Source: an uncultured Thermoleophilia bacterium (lineage in GTDB: Bacteria; Actinomycetota; Thermoleophilia; UBA2241). From it: 64,000 bases of DNA. The notes under the pieces are model-generated. The model searched no databases and had not been told where the DNA came from. It saw only the letters and a list, made by a program, of their open reading frames with translations. The stretch covers positions 30,443 to 94,442 of the forward strand of contig CAVVGY010000006.1 in NCBI GenBank assembly GCA_963747935.1. The letters are read 5' to 3'. Within the stretch, counting starts at the first letter, position 1. Each line of letters opens with the position of its first letter. The position numbers and the translations under genes are program-made. Positions 44,379 to 55,946 of the stretch are shown here, in pieces.

Positions 44379-45953
44379 ATGGTCCTCGCCTCACTCGTGG
44401 GGTCGACGGCCGGGACCGAGCAGGCTCTCGTCCTCCTGCTCATCATCGCCGCCGCCGTGGCGGTCGTCGCCCGGCGCATCGGCGTGCCGTACATCATCGG
44501 GCTGGTGCTCGTCGGGCTCGTCATCGGCGTCACCATGCACTGGGGCACGCTGCGCCTGTCGTCCGACCTCGTCTTCTACGTGTTCCTGCCCGTCCTGCTG
44601 TTCGAGTCGGGCTACCAGCTCGAGGCTACGCTGCTGCGCGACCAGTGGCTGCGCATCGCCGCGCTGGCGCTGCCCGGCGTGCTGGTCGCGTTCGCGCTCA
44701 CGGCCGCCGGGGTGCATCTGCTCGGCGGCCTCGCCTGGGGCGTCGCCCTCCTCTTCGGCGCGCTCATCGCCGCCACCGACCCCGTGAGCGTGGTGGCGCT
44801 GTTCCGCAAGCTCGGCGTCTCGCCCAGGCTCACGACGCTGGTCGACGCCGAGAGCCTGTTCAACGACGGCGGGGCCGCGGTGCTGTTCGCCGTCGTCGGC
44901 GCCGTCGTCGTGGACGGTCGTGCGTTCTCGGCCGGCTGGGCCGTGGGCCAGTTCCTCTGGATGGCGCTCGGCGGCATCGCCGTCGGCCTCGCGGTCGGCT
45001 ACGGCGCCTCGTGGATCCACCGCCGCATCGACGACCACATCATCGAGATCACGCTCTCGACGATCGTCGCCTACGGGTCGTTCCTGCTCGCCCAGGAGCT
45101 CGGGATGTCGGGCGTGGTGGCGTGCGTGACCGCCGCGATCGTGCTGGGCAACCTCGGACGTCGACGCACCATGAGCGCAGTGACCAGGGTCACGCTGACC
45201 ACGGTGTGGGACTACGCGGCGTTCGTGGCCAACTCGCTGATCTTCCTGCTCATCGGGCTGAGCGTGCACCTGGAGGTCATCCTGCGGCACGTCGGCACGG
45301 TGCTCATCGCCTTCGCTGTGGTCCTCGTGGCCCGCGCCGTGACGGTGTACGGGTTCGGGCTGATAGCGCGGGCGTTCGGCGCCGGCCCACCCCTGAGCTG
45401 GCAGCACATCCTGGTGTGGGGCGGCCTGCGGGGGACCATCGCCCTCGCGCTGGTGCTCAGCGTGCCGGCCGCGCTGGCGGGGCGGCAGGACCTCGTGACG
45501 GTGACGTTCGGCGTGGTCCTGTTGTCGCTGCTCGTCCAGGGGCTCACGATCCCGTGGGTCGCCCGCCGGCTCGGCCTGGCCGGCGAGGGCGGCGGGGCGG
45601 CGGAGAGGGAGCGGGAGGTGCTGCTGGACGGCTTCGTGCGCGCGCACGAGGAGCTGGACCGGCTGGAGGACGCCGGCGTCGTGGGCCGCCTGCGCCGGCG
45701 CGACCTCGAGCGGCTGCTCGACGAGGGCGAGTCGAGCCTGCTCGAGGGCCTGCCGCCGCTGGCCGACGAGCCGGCGGCCGGAGAGGCGGACCGGCTCGTG
45801 GAGCGCATCGGCGAGCTGGTGGCGCAGCGCCGCAGGCTCGACGCGCTGCGCCGTGCCGGCGCGGTGACGGACGCCGCCGCTGCGCCGCTCGCCCGCGCGC
45901 TCGACGAGCGCATCGCGCTGCTCGGCGCCCGGCTCTCGCCCTCGCGCGAGTGA
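44379..45953 (+). CDS. CPA1 Na+/H+ antiporter
   Basis: LPVLLFE, ATDPVSV, ESLFNDG, GGLRG motifs. Confidence 0.9.
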   Translation: MVLASLVGSTAGTEQALVLLLIIAAAVAVVARRIGVPYIIGLVLVGLVIGVTMHWGTLRLSSDLVFYVFLPVLLFESGYQLEATLLRDQWLRIAALALPGVLVAFALTAAGVHLLGGLAWGVALLFGALIAATDPVSVVALFRKLGVSPRLTTLVDAESLFNDGGAAVLFAVVGAVVVDGRAFSAGWAVGQFLWMALGGIAVGLAVGYGASWIHRRIDDHIIEITLSTIVAYGSFLLAQELGMSGVVACVTAAIVLGNLGRRRTMSAVTRVTLTTVWDYAAFVANSLIFLLIGLSVHLEVILRHVGTVLIAFAVVLVARAVTVYGFGLIARAFGAGPPLSWQHILVWGGLRGTIALALVLSVPAALAGRQDLVTVTFGVVLLSLLVQGLTIPWVARRLGLAGEGGGAAEREREVLLDGFVRAHEELDRLEDAGVVGRLRRRDLERLLDEGESSLLEGLPPLADEPAAGEADRLVERIGELVAQRRRLDALRRAGAVTDAAAAPLARALDERIALLGARLSPSRE

Positions 45954-46004
45954 GCGCCGGGGCACGGGCCGGCCGTCAGGCGGAGTCGCCGTCCGGGCGG
46001 GCCG

Positions 46005-47180
46005 TCAGACGGAGTCGCCGGCCGTGTGGGACTCGATCTCGCGCCCGAACACGGCCTTGATGAGGAACGGCGCCAGGATGGTCGTCGCCAGCACCATGCC
46101 CAGGATGGCGGCGTAGACGTCGTCGCCGATGGCTCCCTCCGCCAGGGCGAAGCCGGCCACCACGATGCCCACCTCGCCGCGCGGGGTCATGCCGACGCCG
46201 ACCTCGCGCGCCACCTGCTTGCCCTCCTTGCGCGCGCCCCAGGACCCACCGAGGTACTTGGTCACCACCGCCAGCAGCGTGAACACGGCGACGGCGAGCA
46301 GCACCGAGGGCTGCGTGAACGCGCCGAAGTCCAGGTAGGTGCCCATCATCACGAAGAAGAACGGCGTGAAGAACCAGGCCAGCGGCTCGAACCGCTTCTG
46401 GATGCCGGTGTGCTGGCGCAACTCGCTCATGGTGAGGCCGGCGATGAAGGCGCCGACGATGGCCGCCAGACCGATGTAGTCGGCGAGCAGTGAAAGCGCC
46501 AGCGTGAGGACCACGCCGATCTCGAAGAGGATGGAGACGTGCAGGTCCTTGAGCCAGTCGCGCAGGCGGATGACGAGGTGGGGGCCGAAGAACCCGATGA
46601 GGCCGACGTAGGCGATGGCCTCGACGATGAGCAGACTGAGGTTGAGCACGTCGACGTTGCCGCTGGTGGAGCCGCTCACGACGACGAGGACGATGAGGCC
46701 GAGCACGTCGTCGAGCACGGCGGCGGCCAGGATGATGCGCACGGCGCGACGCTCGGAGTGCCCCAGCTCGCGCAGCGCCCGGATGGTGATGCCGACGGAG
46801 GTGGCGGTGAGCGCCGTCGCCATGAACAGCGCCGAGCCGGTGCTCCAGCCGAACAGGAGGCCGATCAGCACGCCGCCGACGAACGGGAGCGTCGCGCCGA
46901 GCACGGCCACCTTGACCGCCGCGACGCGCGTCTCCATCAGTTCCGCCATGTGGGTCTCGAGGCCGGCCATGAAGAGCAGCATGATGACGCCCAGCTCGGC
47001 CATCGCGTCCATGACCTCACCGGAGTGCACGAGGTTCAGGAGCTGGGGGCCCAGGATCGCCCCGGCGGCGAGCTCGCCGACCACCACCGGCAGCTTGAGG
47101 CGCTGGAAGAGGTGCCCGAGCAGGCGCGCGCCGAGGAAGGCGAGGAAGAGCTGCAGCAGCGCGTTGGCGTGGCCCGACAC
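46005..47180 (-). CDS. CPA2 cation:proton antiporter
   Basis: LLFMAGLET, ATSVGIT, AAVLDDVLGL, GMTPRGEVG. Confidence 0.9.
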   Translation of the reverse strand: MSGHANALLQLFLAFLGARLLGHLFQRLKLPVVVGELAAGAILGPQLLNLVHSGEVMDAMAELGVIMLLFMAGLETHMAELMETRVAAVKVAVLGATLPFVGGVLIGLLFGWSTGSALFMATALTATSVGITIRALRELGHSERRAVRIILAAAVLDDVLGLIVLVVVSGSTSGNVDVLNLSLLIVEAIAYVGLIGFFGPHLVIRLRDWLKDLHVSILFEIGVVLTLALSLLADYIGLAAIVGAFIAGLTMSELRQHTGIQKRFEPLAWFFTPFFFVMMGTYLDFGAFTQPSVLLAVAVFTLLAVVTKYLGGSWGARKEGKQVAREVGVGMTPRGEVGIVVAGFALAEGAIGDDVYAAILGMVLATTILAPFLIKAVFGREIESHTAGDSV

Positions 47181-47237
47181 TGAGACCCCCCTTGGCTTGC
47201 GGGTATCCTTCTACCACATCGTACGGAGGAGGGAACA

Positions 47238-48278
47238 ATGCCGGGAGTCGTTCGCGACGGGACCGAGCTGACGGGCGGGAGCCTGACCGACGTCGCCGGC
47301 CTCTCCGTAGGTCACTGGACCGACCTCGACGCGGCCACCGGCTGCACCGTGGTGCTGTGCGACGGCGACGGCGCGGTCGCGGGCGTGGACGTGCGCGGGT
47401 CGGCGCCCGGCACGCGCGAGACCGACCTCCTCGACCCCGTGAACGCCGTGCAGAAGGTCCACGCTGTGCTCATCGGCGGCGGCAGCGCGTTCGGCCTCGA
47501 CGCCGCCTCCGGCGTGATGCGCTGGCTGGAGGCGCACGGCCGCGGGGTGGAGGTGGGCCCGCTGCGCGTGCCCATCGTCCCCGCGGCCGTGCTCTTCGAC
47601 CTCCCCGTGGGGCGGCCGGACGTGCGTCCGGACGCGGCCGCCGGCGAGGCCGCCTGCGAGGCCGCGACGACAGATCCGGTGCCGCAGGGCACCGTCGGCG
47701 CCGGCACCGGCGCGACCGTGGGCAAGGTAACGGGGTTCGAGCACGCCACCAAGGGCGGCCTCGGCTCGGCGAGCGTGCGGCTGGCCGGTGGCGTCACCGT
47801 CGGCGCGCTGGTGGCGGTCAACGCCGCCGGCGACGTGGTGGACCCGGCGAGCGGCGCCGTGATCGCCGGGCCGCGCCTGCCCGGCGGCGGGTTCGTGCGC
47901 ACCAGCGAGTGGCTGCTCGAGCACCCGCCCGAGGTCGGCGTCGGCAGCAGCACGACCCTGGCGGTCGTGGCCACCGATGCCGAGCTCACCAAACCAGAGG
48001 CGGCGAAGGTCGCGCGCATGGCCCACGACGGCCTCGCGCGCGCCATCGACCCGGTGCACACCATGCTCGACGGCGACACCGTGTTCGCGCTCGCGACCTG
48101 CGCCACGGGTGTGCGCGCCGACGTCACGGTGATCGGCGCGGCTGCGGCGACGGTGCTTGCCCGCGCCGTCCTCGCCGCCGTGCGCGAGGCCACGTCGCTG
48201 GCCGGTGTGCCGGCCGTCCGTGACCTGCCGCCGGCCGGGTCTGCGCCCGTCGGCGCGACTCCCGGAGTGCCCGCATGA
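47238..48278 (+). CDS. P1/S58 (DmpA-like) peptidase
   Basis: VRGSAPGTRET, GGSAFGL, GAGTGA, S-TTLAVVATDA, PVHTMLDGD. Confidence 0.88.
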   Translation: MPGVVRDGTELTGGSLTDVAGLSVGHWTDLDAATGCTVVLCDGDGAVAGVDVRGSAPGTRETDLLDPVNAVQKVHAVLIGGGSAFGLDAASGVMRWLEAHGRGVEVGPLRVPIVPAAVLFDLPVGRPDVRPDAAAGEAACEAATTDPVPQGTVGAGTGATVGKVTGFEHATKGGLGSASVRLAGGVTVGALVAVNAAGDVVDPASGAVIAGPRLPGGGFVRTSEWLLEHPPEVGVGSSTTLAVVATDAELTKPEAAKVARMAHDGLARAIDPVHTMLDGDTVFALATCATGVRADVTVIGAAAATVLARAVLAAVREATSLAGVPAVRDLPPAGSAPVGATPGVPA

Positions 48279-49282
48279 GCGCCTGCGCCGGCGGGCCGCC
48301 GTCCGGCGCGCTGCTGTACCTGTCGCGCGCCGACCTCGAGGCGCTCGGCGTGACGCCGCTCGAGGTGGTGGACGTGGTGGACGCCGGCTGCGCCGCCAAG
48401 GGCAGGGGTGAGGTGGTCATGCCGCCCAAGCTCAGCCTGCACGGCGAGGGCGACGCGTACTCCCAGGTCATGGCGGCGACCTTGGGTGGCGACGGTGGCC
48501 TGGGCGCCAAGTGGGTCACGCTCTTCCCGCAGAACGCGGCGCGCGGCCTGCCGATCACCAACGGTCTGGTCGTACTCAGCGACCCCGAGACCGGGCTGCC
48601 GTCGGCCGTGATGGACGCGGCGACGATCACGGCCTGGCGCACCGGCGCGAGCGTGGGTGTCGCCGCCCGCTACCTCGCGCGACCGGACGCCGCGGTGCTC
48701 GGCGTGCTGGGCTGCGGCGTGCAGGCCCGCGCCTCTGTGCGCGCGCTTGCGGCCGTGCTGCCCGGGCTGGCGCGCGTGCGCTGCCACGACGCTGTGCCCG
48801 CCGCGGCCGAAGACTGCGTCGCCGGGCTCGGCCGCGAGCTGCCCGGCCTCGACTTCGCCGTGGCGGCAGCTCCTGAGGACGTCGTCGCCGGCGCCGACGT
48901 CGTCGTCACCGCCATCACCATGACGGCCGACATCCGGCCGCCGCTCGGCCCGGGCCTGCTCCGGCCCGGGGTGCTCGCGGTGGCTCTGGACTACGACGCG
49001 GCCTGGAGCGGCGAGGCCATGGCTGAGTGCGACCGCTTCTTCTGCGACGACACCGCCACGGTGCGGGCTACGCAGGCGGCCGGCGTGCGCCTCGCCGGCA
49101 TCCCCGGCGAGATCGCCGGGGACCTCGGCGAGCTGGCCGCCGGCCTCGTCTCCGCCCGCGAACGCGGCGACGAGCGCCTGTTCTGCCTCAACCTCGGCAT
49201 GGCGCTCGAGGACGTTGTCACCGCCGGGCTGGCGCTGCGCCGCGCGCGAGAGCTCGGCGTGGGTCGGGAGTTGCCGCTCTAG
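48275..49282 (+). CDS. Ornithine cyclodeaminase/mu-crystallin family protein
   Basis: GAKWV..FPQN, ITAWRTGA, GCGVQA, GMALEDV. Confidence 0.88.
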   Translation: MSACAGGPPSGALLYLSRADLEALGVTPLEVVDVVDAGCAAKGRGEVVMPPKLSLHGEGDAYSQVMAATLGGDGGLGAKWVTLFPQNAARGLPITNGLVVLSDPETGLPSAVMDAATITAWRTGASVGVAARYLARPDAAVLGVLGCGVQARASVRALAAVLPGLARVRCHDAVPAAAEDCVAGLGRELPGLDFAVAAAPEDVVAGADVVVTAITMTADIRPPLGPGLLRPGVLAVALDYDAAWSGEAMAECDRFFCDDTATVRATQAAGVRLAGIPGEIAGDLGELAAGLVSARERGDERLFCLNLGMALEDVVTAGLALRRARELGVGRELPL

Positions 49283-49319
49283 GCGCTCTGGGACGAGGCC
49301 GCCGAGGACTGACGCCGGG

Positions 49320-49838
49320 TCAGGCGCCGAGCGTGAAGCGCCGGCGCTCGCGCAGCGGGCCCGCCGGCGTCTCCTCTACCAGCGTCACCTCCGTCGCGCG
49401 GCACAGCAGCGGCAGTCGCCGCGCGAGAGCCTCCTCGACGGTCTCGCGCTCTCCTGCCGTAGGGTCGACCGCCACCGTCACGTGCGGCGCGATGTCGTCG
49501 AACGCGCCGCCGTAGGGCGGGCACTCCGGCCACTCGTCCCAGATGAGCCGGGTGAGGGCGCGGAACGGCGCCGCCGGTTCGGGCAGCAGCACGGCGGCGT
49601 CGGCGAGTTCGGCCACGCGCGTGAGCGCGAAGGAGAACGCCGGCACGCCGGCCAGGAGGTCCTCAAGGCGGCGCTCGAGACGGTCGTCGACAGCGTCCAC
49701 CGGCACGAACGGCCAGAGCGCGGTGACGTGCGGCGGCAGGGCGCGGGCCGCGGCCGGCAGGCGGCCGGCCCACGGCGCGAGCAGCTCCGCCGCCTCCGCG
49801 ACGGGCACGATCAGCCCGGTCGAGAGCGGCCGGCTCAC
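49320..49838 (-). CDS. 2H phosphoesterase (2'-5' RNA ligase family)
   Basis: Two HxT motifs (PHVTAL, PHVTVA), PPYGGAF. Confidence 0.82.
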   Translation of the reverse strand: MSRPLSTGLIVPVAEAAELLAPWAGRLPAAARALPPHVTALWPFVPVDAVDDRLERRLEDLLAGVPAFSFALTRVAELADAAVLLPEPAAPFRALTRLIWDEWPECPPYGGAFDDIAPHVTVAVDPTAGERETVEEALARRLPLLCRATEVTLVEETPAGPLRERRRFTLGA

Positions 49839-49857
49839 GCGGGTGTCTCCGGCCGGC

Positions 49858-51020
49858 TCACGCGAGCTCCTCGTGCCGCTCCCGCAGCGCGCGCAGGAGG
49901 CCGAAGCAGCCGGTGAGCATCATGTCGCCGTGGGGCGCCGCGAACTCGGCCGGCAGCTCGCTGCCGGCGAGCAGGTCGCGGCGCGGCCCGGTGACGATCA
50001 GCGGCAGGCTCCAGGCGCCGGGGGCGTCGGGTTCGACGATGGTCCCGGCCACGCCCGCCGCGAGCACGGCGCCGTGCCCGTGGTCGTCGCGGACCTCCGC
50101 ACTCGTGAGGTCGCCGGCCAGCCAGCGGCGCAGCCGCTGCTCCAGGCCGGCGCGGTCCAGGCACACGGTGTGGTGCTCGAACACGCCGGCCACGCGGCCC
50201 TGCAGCGCCAGCAGGCACACGGTGTGGCCGTTGCCGACGTTGACGAGCACGGCGTCCTCGACGCCCTGGGGCAGTGCGCCGTACAGGGCGGCCGGCCCCG
50301 TGTCGCCGGCGAGCACCGGCACATCGCCGGCGAGAGTCTCGGCCGCCGCGGCGGCGGCCCCAGGCGCGTGAGCGCGCGCGGCACGTCGGCGGGTGCGTAG
50401 AAGAGGTCGCCGATCCGCCGGCCGGCGGCCACCGCCTGCTCCCACAGCGAGAAGCGGAGCACGCGGTTGGAACAGCCCGGCGCGTAGCCGTGGTCCTGCA
50501 CGGCCACGGCCACGGCGGCGAACTCCGGCTCCACGCCGAGCAGGCGCAGGGCCTGCGTGAGCGACGCCGCGTCCAGGTCGCCGGAGGCGACCTCGGCGGC
50601 GGCGTCCGGCGGCAGGCGCCGCAGCACTTCGTCCGCGGCGCCGTCCCCGACCACCCGCGCGCCCAGGGCGCGCACCCTGTCGAGGTCGTCGGCGAAGCTC
50701 GCGGCGGCCGACTCTGTGGCCACGAACGGGTGGCCGGCGGCGAGGTGGGCCTTCATCGCCTGCGTCACGGCGCCCCCGCCCATCACCGGCCCGCGGAAGA
50801 CGACCGTCTGGCCACGCTCCGTGGCCGCTGCGATGCGCGCTCCAACCACCTGGGTCGCCGAGGGCACCACGAGCTTGACGGCGTTCTCCAGCGGCTGGCC
50901 GGGGCGCGTGAGCAGGATGTCGCTGGTGCCGGCGCCGACATCGACGGCGAGCACGCCCGGGGTCGTCGTCCGGCCGGCGCTCGTCTCTCGGCCGGCGCCG
51001 GCCTGCGCTGCGGGGGTCAC
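49858..51020 (-). CDS. DUF1786-family protein (frameshift near 50360)
   Basis: AVDVGAGTSD, VMGGG, VQDHG...SNR, DTGPAA, NVGNGHT, FEHHT, GDMMLTGCFGL. Confidence 0.8.
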
Positions 51021-51052
51021 GGTGGGGAGGGCCTCGTCGCTCGGCCGCGGCC

Positions 51053-51784
51053 TCAGGCGGGCTGCCGCGTGGGCACGCCGCTGAGCCGGAGCTTCACCAC
51101 GTTGACCAGGGCCTCGGTGAAGATGTCGCCGCTCATCTTGCTCTCGCCCACCTTGCGGTCGACGAAGATGATGGGCAGTTCCACGATCTTGAAGCCCAGC
51201 TTGTGGGCGCGGTACGTCATCTCGATCTGGAAGCCGTAGCCCTTGGCGTTGACGGTGTCGAGGTCGATGGCCTCGAGTACCTCCCGCCGGAAGCACTTGT
51301 AGCCGCCGGTGAGGTCGTGGTACGGCAGGCCGAGGATGGCCTGGGCGTACAGGCAGCCGCCCCGGCTGATGAACTTGCGCGAGAGGCTCCAGTTCTCCAC
51401 GCCGCCGCCCTTGACGTAGCGCGACCCCAGGACCACGTCGGCGCCCTGGTCGATGCAGCGCAGGAAGTGCGGCAGGTAGGTGGCGTCGTGGCTGAGGTCG
51501 GCGTCCATCTCGAAGATGCGCTCGGCCCCCAGGGAGAGCGCCTCGCGGAACCCGGCGAAGTACGCCTTGGCGAGGCCCTCCTTGCCGGCCCGGTGCAGCA
51601 CGCTCACGTCCGGCACCTCGCGCGCGAGTTCGTCCGCCAGTTGCCCCGTGCCGTCCGGCGAGTTGTCGTCGACGATCAGCGTGTGCAGGTGCACGCCGTG
51701 CCCGTCGGCGACCTCGCGGATGCGCCCGAGCGCGTGGCGCAGGTTCTCGCGCTCGTTGTACGTAGGGAGGACGATGACGTTCAT
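51053..51784 (-). CDS. Polyprenol monophosphomannose synthase (GT2)
   Basis: LPTYNERENL, VDDNSPDGTG, EMDADLSHD, GYGFQIE, IIFVDRKVGESKM. Confidence 0.9.
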   Translation of the reverse strand: MNVIVLPTYNERENLRHALGRIREVADGHGVHLHTLIVDDNSPDGTGQLADELAREVPDVSVLHRAGKEGLAKAYFAGFREALSLGAERIFEMDADLSHDATYLPHFLRCIDQGADVVLGSRYVKGGGVENWSLSRKFISRGGCLYAQAILGLPYHDLTGGYKCFRREVLEAIDLDTVNAKGYGFQIEMTYRAHKLGFKIVELPIIFVDRKVGESKMSGDIFTEALVNVVKLRLSGVPTRQPA

Positions 51785-51988
51785 CGGGCTGAGTATATCG
51801 TGCCCGTCCGCCGGGCTCCGTCCGCCCCTTCTGTTAGCGTGCCGATCGCCGGATCCCGGCCGCATCGCGAGGGCTACGCGTAGTGCCGTAGAGCACGTAC
51901 TCATACCCTCAGGTAGAGGGTGAGAGTTCTCCAGCGTAAATCGACATGCAACGTCAACGCAAAGGGTGGTTGCGGGGCGAGCGCGAAT

Positions 51989-52034
51989 ACACTATAGTGG
52001 TGTCCGCACTGGCCTGGGGCACTACATCTTGTGG
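51989..52034. promoter_or_regulatory. Tandem NrdR boxes
   Basis: GCACTACATCTTGTGG (52019-52034) fits the consensus; ACACTATAGTGGTGT (51989-52003) fits with one base missing. Confidence 0.75.
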
Positions 52035-52049
52035 TGAGGCGAGTTTCCT

Positions 52050-52597
52050 TTGCGATGTCCATTCTGTAACAGCGATGAGAGCAAAGTCGTCGACTCGCGC
52101 GATTCCGAGGCCGGCGACGCCATCCGGCGCCGGCGCGAATGCCTGGCGTGCGAGCGGCGCTACACGACGTACGAACGCATCGAAGAGGTACCGCTCGTGG
52201 TGGTCAAGAGCGACGGCAGAGAAGAGTTGTTCACGCGGCAGAAGGTCCTCAACGGTCTGCTGCGCGCGTGCGAGAAGCGTGGCATCCCGCTCGAGCGCCT
52301 CGAGCGCCCTGCGACGACATCGAGAACGACCTGCGCCGCGTCACGGGGCGCCCGGTCACCAGCAGGATGGTGGGGGAGCGGGCGCTGCGCCACCTGCGCG
52401 ACATCGACAAGGTGGCGTACATCAGGTTCGCCTCCGTGTACCGGCAATTCGAGGACATCGAGGAGTTCCAGCAGGAGCTGGCCAGGCTGGAGCTCGCCGG
52501 CGTCGAGCCGCTCCCCGGCGAGGAGCCGCTTCCGGGCATCGACGCCGCAGAGCCAGCTTCATGGACGACATCATCTTCACCACACCGCACGCGGTGA
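52050..52597 (+). CDS. nrdR: Transcriptional repressor NrdR (frameshift near 52300)
   Basis: [29 protein letters not shown]; [15 protein letters not shown] in the next frame. Confidence 0.92.
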
Positions 52598-52618
52598 CTA
52601 CTCAGGGGAGAACGGGGC

Positions 52619-54879
52619 ATGACTGACACGGGGAAGGCAGTGATCGAGCTTTCGGCGAACGCACTCAAGGTGCTGCAGCGCCGCTACCTCAAGAAGGGCG
52701 AGAGCGGCGAGGCTGCTCGAGACCCCCGAGGAGATGTTCCGGCGCGTCGCGAAGGCGATCGCCCAGGCCGAGCGCCTGTACAACCCCGCGGCTCCCGTCG
52801 AGGAGTGGGAGGAGACCTTCTACCAGCTCATGACGAGCCTGGAGTTCCTTCCCAACAGCCCCACGCTCATGAACGCCGGCCGCGAGCTCGGCCAGCTCTC
52901 CGCGTGCTTCGTCCTCCCCGTGGGCGACTCCATGGAGTCCATCTTCGAGGCCATCAAGAACACCGCCCTCATCCACAAGAGCGGCGGCGGCACCGGCTTC
53001 TCCTTCTCGCGCGTGCGCCCGCACAACGACGTCGTGAACAGCACGAGGGGCGTCTCCAGCGGCCCGCTCTCGTTCATGAGCGTGTTCGACGCCGCCACCG
53101 AGACCATCAAGCAGGGCGGCACGCGCCGCGGCGCCAACATGGGCATCCTGCGCGTCGACCACCCGGACATCCTCGACTTCATCAGCGCCAAGCAGGACGA
53201 CGACCGCCTCAACAACTTCAACATCTCGGTGGCGGTCACCGACGAGTTCATGCGCGCCGTCGAGGCCGACGAGGAGTACGCGCTGGTCAACCCGCGCTCC
53301 GGCGAGTCGGTCCAGAAGCTCAACGCGCGCAAGGTCTTCAAGAACATGGTCAACCTCGCCTGGAAGAACGGCGACCCCGGCATCGTCTTCATCGACCGCA
53401 TCAACGAGGACAACCCCACGCCGCAGCTCGGCGAGATCGAGAGCACCAACCCCTGCGGCGAGCAGCCGCTGCTCCCCTACGAGAGCTGCAACCTGGGCTC
53501 GATCAACCTCTCGCGCGTCGTCCCCGACGGGCACGTCGACTACGGCGAGCTGGGGCGCATCGTGCGCACCGCCGTCCGCTTCCTCGACGACGTCATCGAC
53601 GTCAACCGGTATCCGCTGCCGGAGATCGAAGCCATGACCAAGGGCAACCGCAAGATCGGCCTCGGCGTCATGGGCTTCGCCGACATGCTCCTGCGCCTGC
53701 AGGTGCCCTACGACTCGGAGGAGGCCTGCCGCCTCGCCGCCGAGGTCATGGGCTTCATCCACGACGAGGCGCGCGCCGAGAGCGAGGATCTCGCCCGCGA
53801 GCGGGGCGTGTTCCCCAACTTCGAGGGCTCCATCTTCGACCGTCCCGAGGGCGCCCGCGTGCGCAACGCCACCGTCACCACCATCGCGCCCACCGGCACC
53901 ATCAGCATCATCGCCGGCTGCTCCAGCGGCATCGAGCCGATCTTCGCGCTCAGCTACGTGCGCGCCAACGTGCTCGACGACGACCGCATGGTCGAGGGGC
54001 ACCCGTACTTCGAGGAGGTGGCGCGCGAGCGCGGCTTCTTCAGCGAAGAGCTCATGAAGAAGATCGCCGAGGTGGGCACGGCGCGGCACGTGGACGGCAT
54101 CCCCGCCGGACGTGCAGCAGCGTCTTCGCCACCGCGCACGACATCACGCCCGAGTGGCACATCAAGCTGCAGTCGGCGTTCCAGAAGAGCACCGACAACG
54201 CCGTGTCCAAGACCGTCAACTTCCCCAACGAGGCCACGCGTCGACGACGTCGAGAACGTCTACCGCATGGCGTTCCGCACCGGCTGCAAGGGCGTCACCA
54301 TCTACCGCGACGGCAGCCGCGACGAGCAGGTGCTCAACGTCGGCCAGACCAAGAAGAAGCGGGAGCCCGATCCCGCCATCGGCGGCATCGCCACCACGCG
54401 GCCTTCGCGCCCGCAGCTGCTCACCGGCGAGACGCAGCGCATGGACACGGGCTGCGGCAAGCTCTTCGTCATCATGAACGACGACGAGTACGGCGCCCGC
54501 GAGGTCTTCGCCAACATGGGCAAGGCCGGCGGGTGCGCCTCGAGCAACACCGAGGCGCTGGGCCGGCTCATCTCGCTGGCGCTCAAGAAGGGCGCGTCTC
54601 CGCAGGAGGTCGTCGAGCAGCTCAAGGGCATCCGCTGCCACGTGCCGTACGGCATGGGCCCGAACGCCACGCTGAGCTGCGCCGACGCCATCGGCAAGGC
54701 GCTCGAGCGGCGGTACGTGGCCGGTGCGGCCGCGCGTGCCGACTCCGCCCCGGAGCCGCAACTCTCGCTGGTCGAGGCCGCGGCGGGCGCCTGTGCCGGA
54801 CTGCGGCGGCGTCGTCAGGCACGAAGGCGGCTGCACGGTCTGCTGCGATCCGGCCTGCGGCTACTCCAACTGCGGCTGA
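52619..54879 (+). CDS. nrdJ: Class II (B12-dependent) ribonucleotide reductase with TSCPD-type C-terminus (several frameshifts)
   Basis: [51 protein letters not shown], terminal Cys cluster. Confidence 0.9.
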
Positions 54880-54990
54880 CGCGGAGAGTCCCCTCAGTTC
54901 GTCCCCAGAGGCCGCTGCAGGTACAGTAGGGAGGTGAGCCGCGACTGCGGCTCGCCGAGCGCGCGGACGATCCACCACGGGAGGAATGCC

Positions 54991-55374
54991 ATGAGCGATC
55001 CCAGGCCTGACGCAGCCCCCACCAGTGGAGGCGGCGTCACCATCAACGACAGCGTGGTCGCCAAGGTCGCGTTCAAGGCGCTCGGCGGCATCGAGGGCAT
55101 CCACGCCCTGGGCGGCACCAGCGCCCGGGCGCTCGCGGGGCTGCGCGGAGACAAGGGCACGCCCGGCATCTCTGTCGACATGCGCGAGGGCGGCGTCGAT
55201 ATCGACATCACCATGAGCATCGTGTTCGGGGCGAGCGTCCCTGCCGTCGCCGAGGCCGTGCGCAAGGCGGTCTCGGACCAGGTCACGGCCACCACCGGTC
55301 TGCCGGTGCGCGCCGTCAACGTCATGGTCACCGACGTCGTCTTCCCGGAGGACCAGCCTGGCGCCGCGGGCTGA
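54991..55374 (+). CDS. Asp23/Gls24-family envelope stress protein
   Basis: VTINDSVVAKVA, FGASVPAVAEAVR, TGLPVRAVNVMVTDV. Confidence 0.85.
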   Translation: MSDPRPDAAPTSGGGVTINDSVVAKVAFKALGGIEGIHALGGTSARALAGLRGDKGTPGISVDMREGGVDIDITMSIVFGASVPAVAEAVRKAVSDQVTATTGLPVRAVNVMVTDVVFPEDQPGAAG

Positions 55375-55408
55375 GAGACGCCGGCCCGCCGGAGCGGCGG
55401 CCGGCTCC

Positions 55409-55946
55409 ATGACCCGTCTCGCGACGTTCCTGCTGCTGCTGGCCAGCGGCATCGTCGCGGCGCTGTTCGCCATCCGGCTCGTCTCGGTCGCCGCCGGCTG
55501 GCAGTTCTCGCCGTTCACGTACATCACACCCAGCAGCGGACACTCTCTGCTCGCCTGGCTGCTGGTCATCGCCATGGCCGTGCTCGCCGGCCTCATCTGG
55601 ATGGTGCTGCGGCACGATGCCGACGCTCTGTGGCTGGCGTCGGCGGCTGGTGACGGCGGCGTGCTGTCCCCAAGGAGGACCTGGAGCGGCTCGTCTGCTC
55701 CGCGGCGAACCGCGCGCACCCTGACGTGCTGAGGGCGGAGGCCGAGTTGTGGCAGCGCGGCGCTGAGCTGCGCGGCCGGGTGCGCATCTGGGCGCGGCCG
55801 CTGGCCGAACCCCGAGGCCGTGCGCGCCGCCGTCGAAGAGGGCGCGCGTCGCCAGGTCGCCCGTCTCACGCAGTCCGAGCTCGGGCGCTGCCGACGTCCG
55901 CGTGCGCGTGCTGCGCGTCACGCAGCTCGTGAGGTACCTGCCGTGA
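55409..55946 (+). CDS. Membrane protein of the Asp23 operon (frameshifted)
   Basis: Two TM segments then a soluble domain spread over three frames. Confidence 0.5.
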
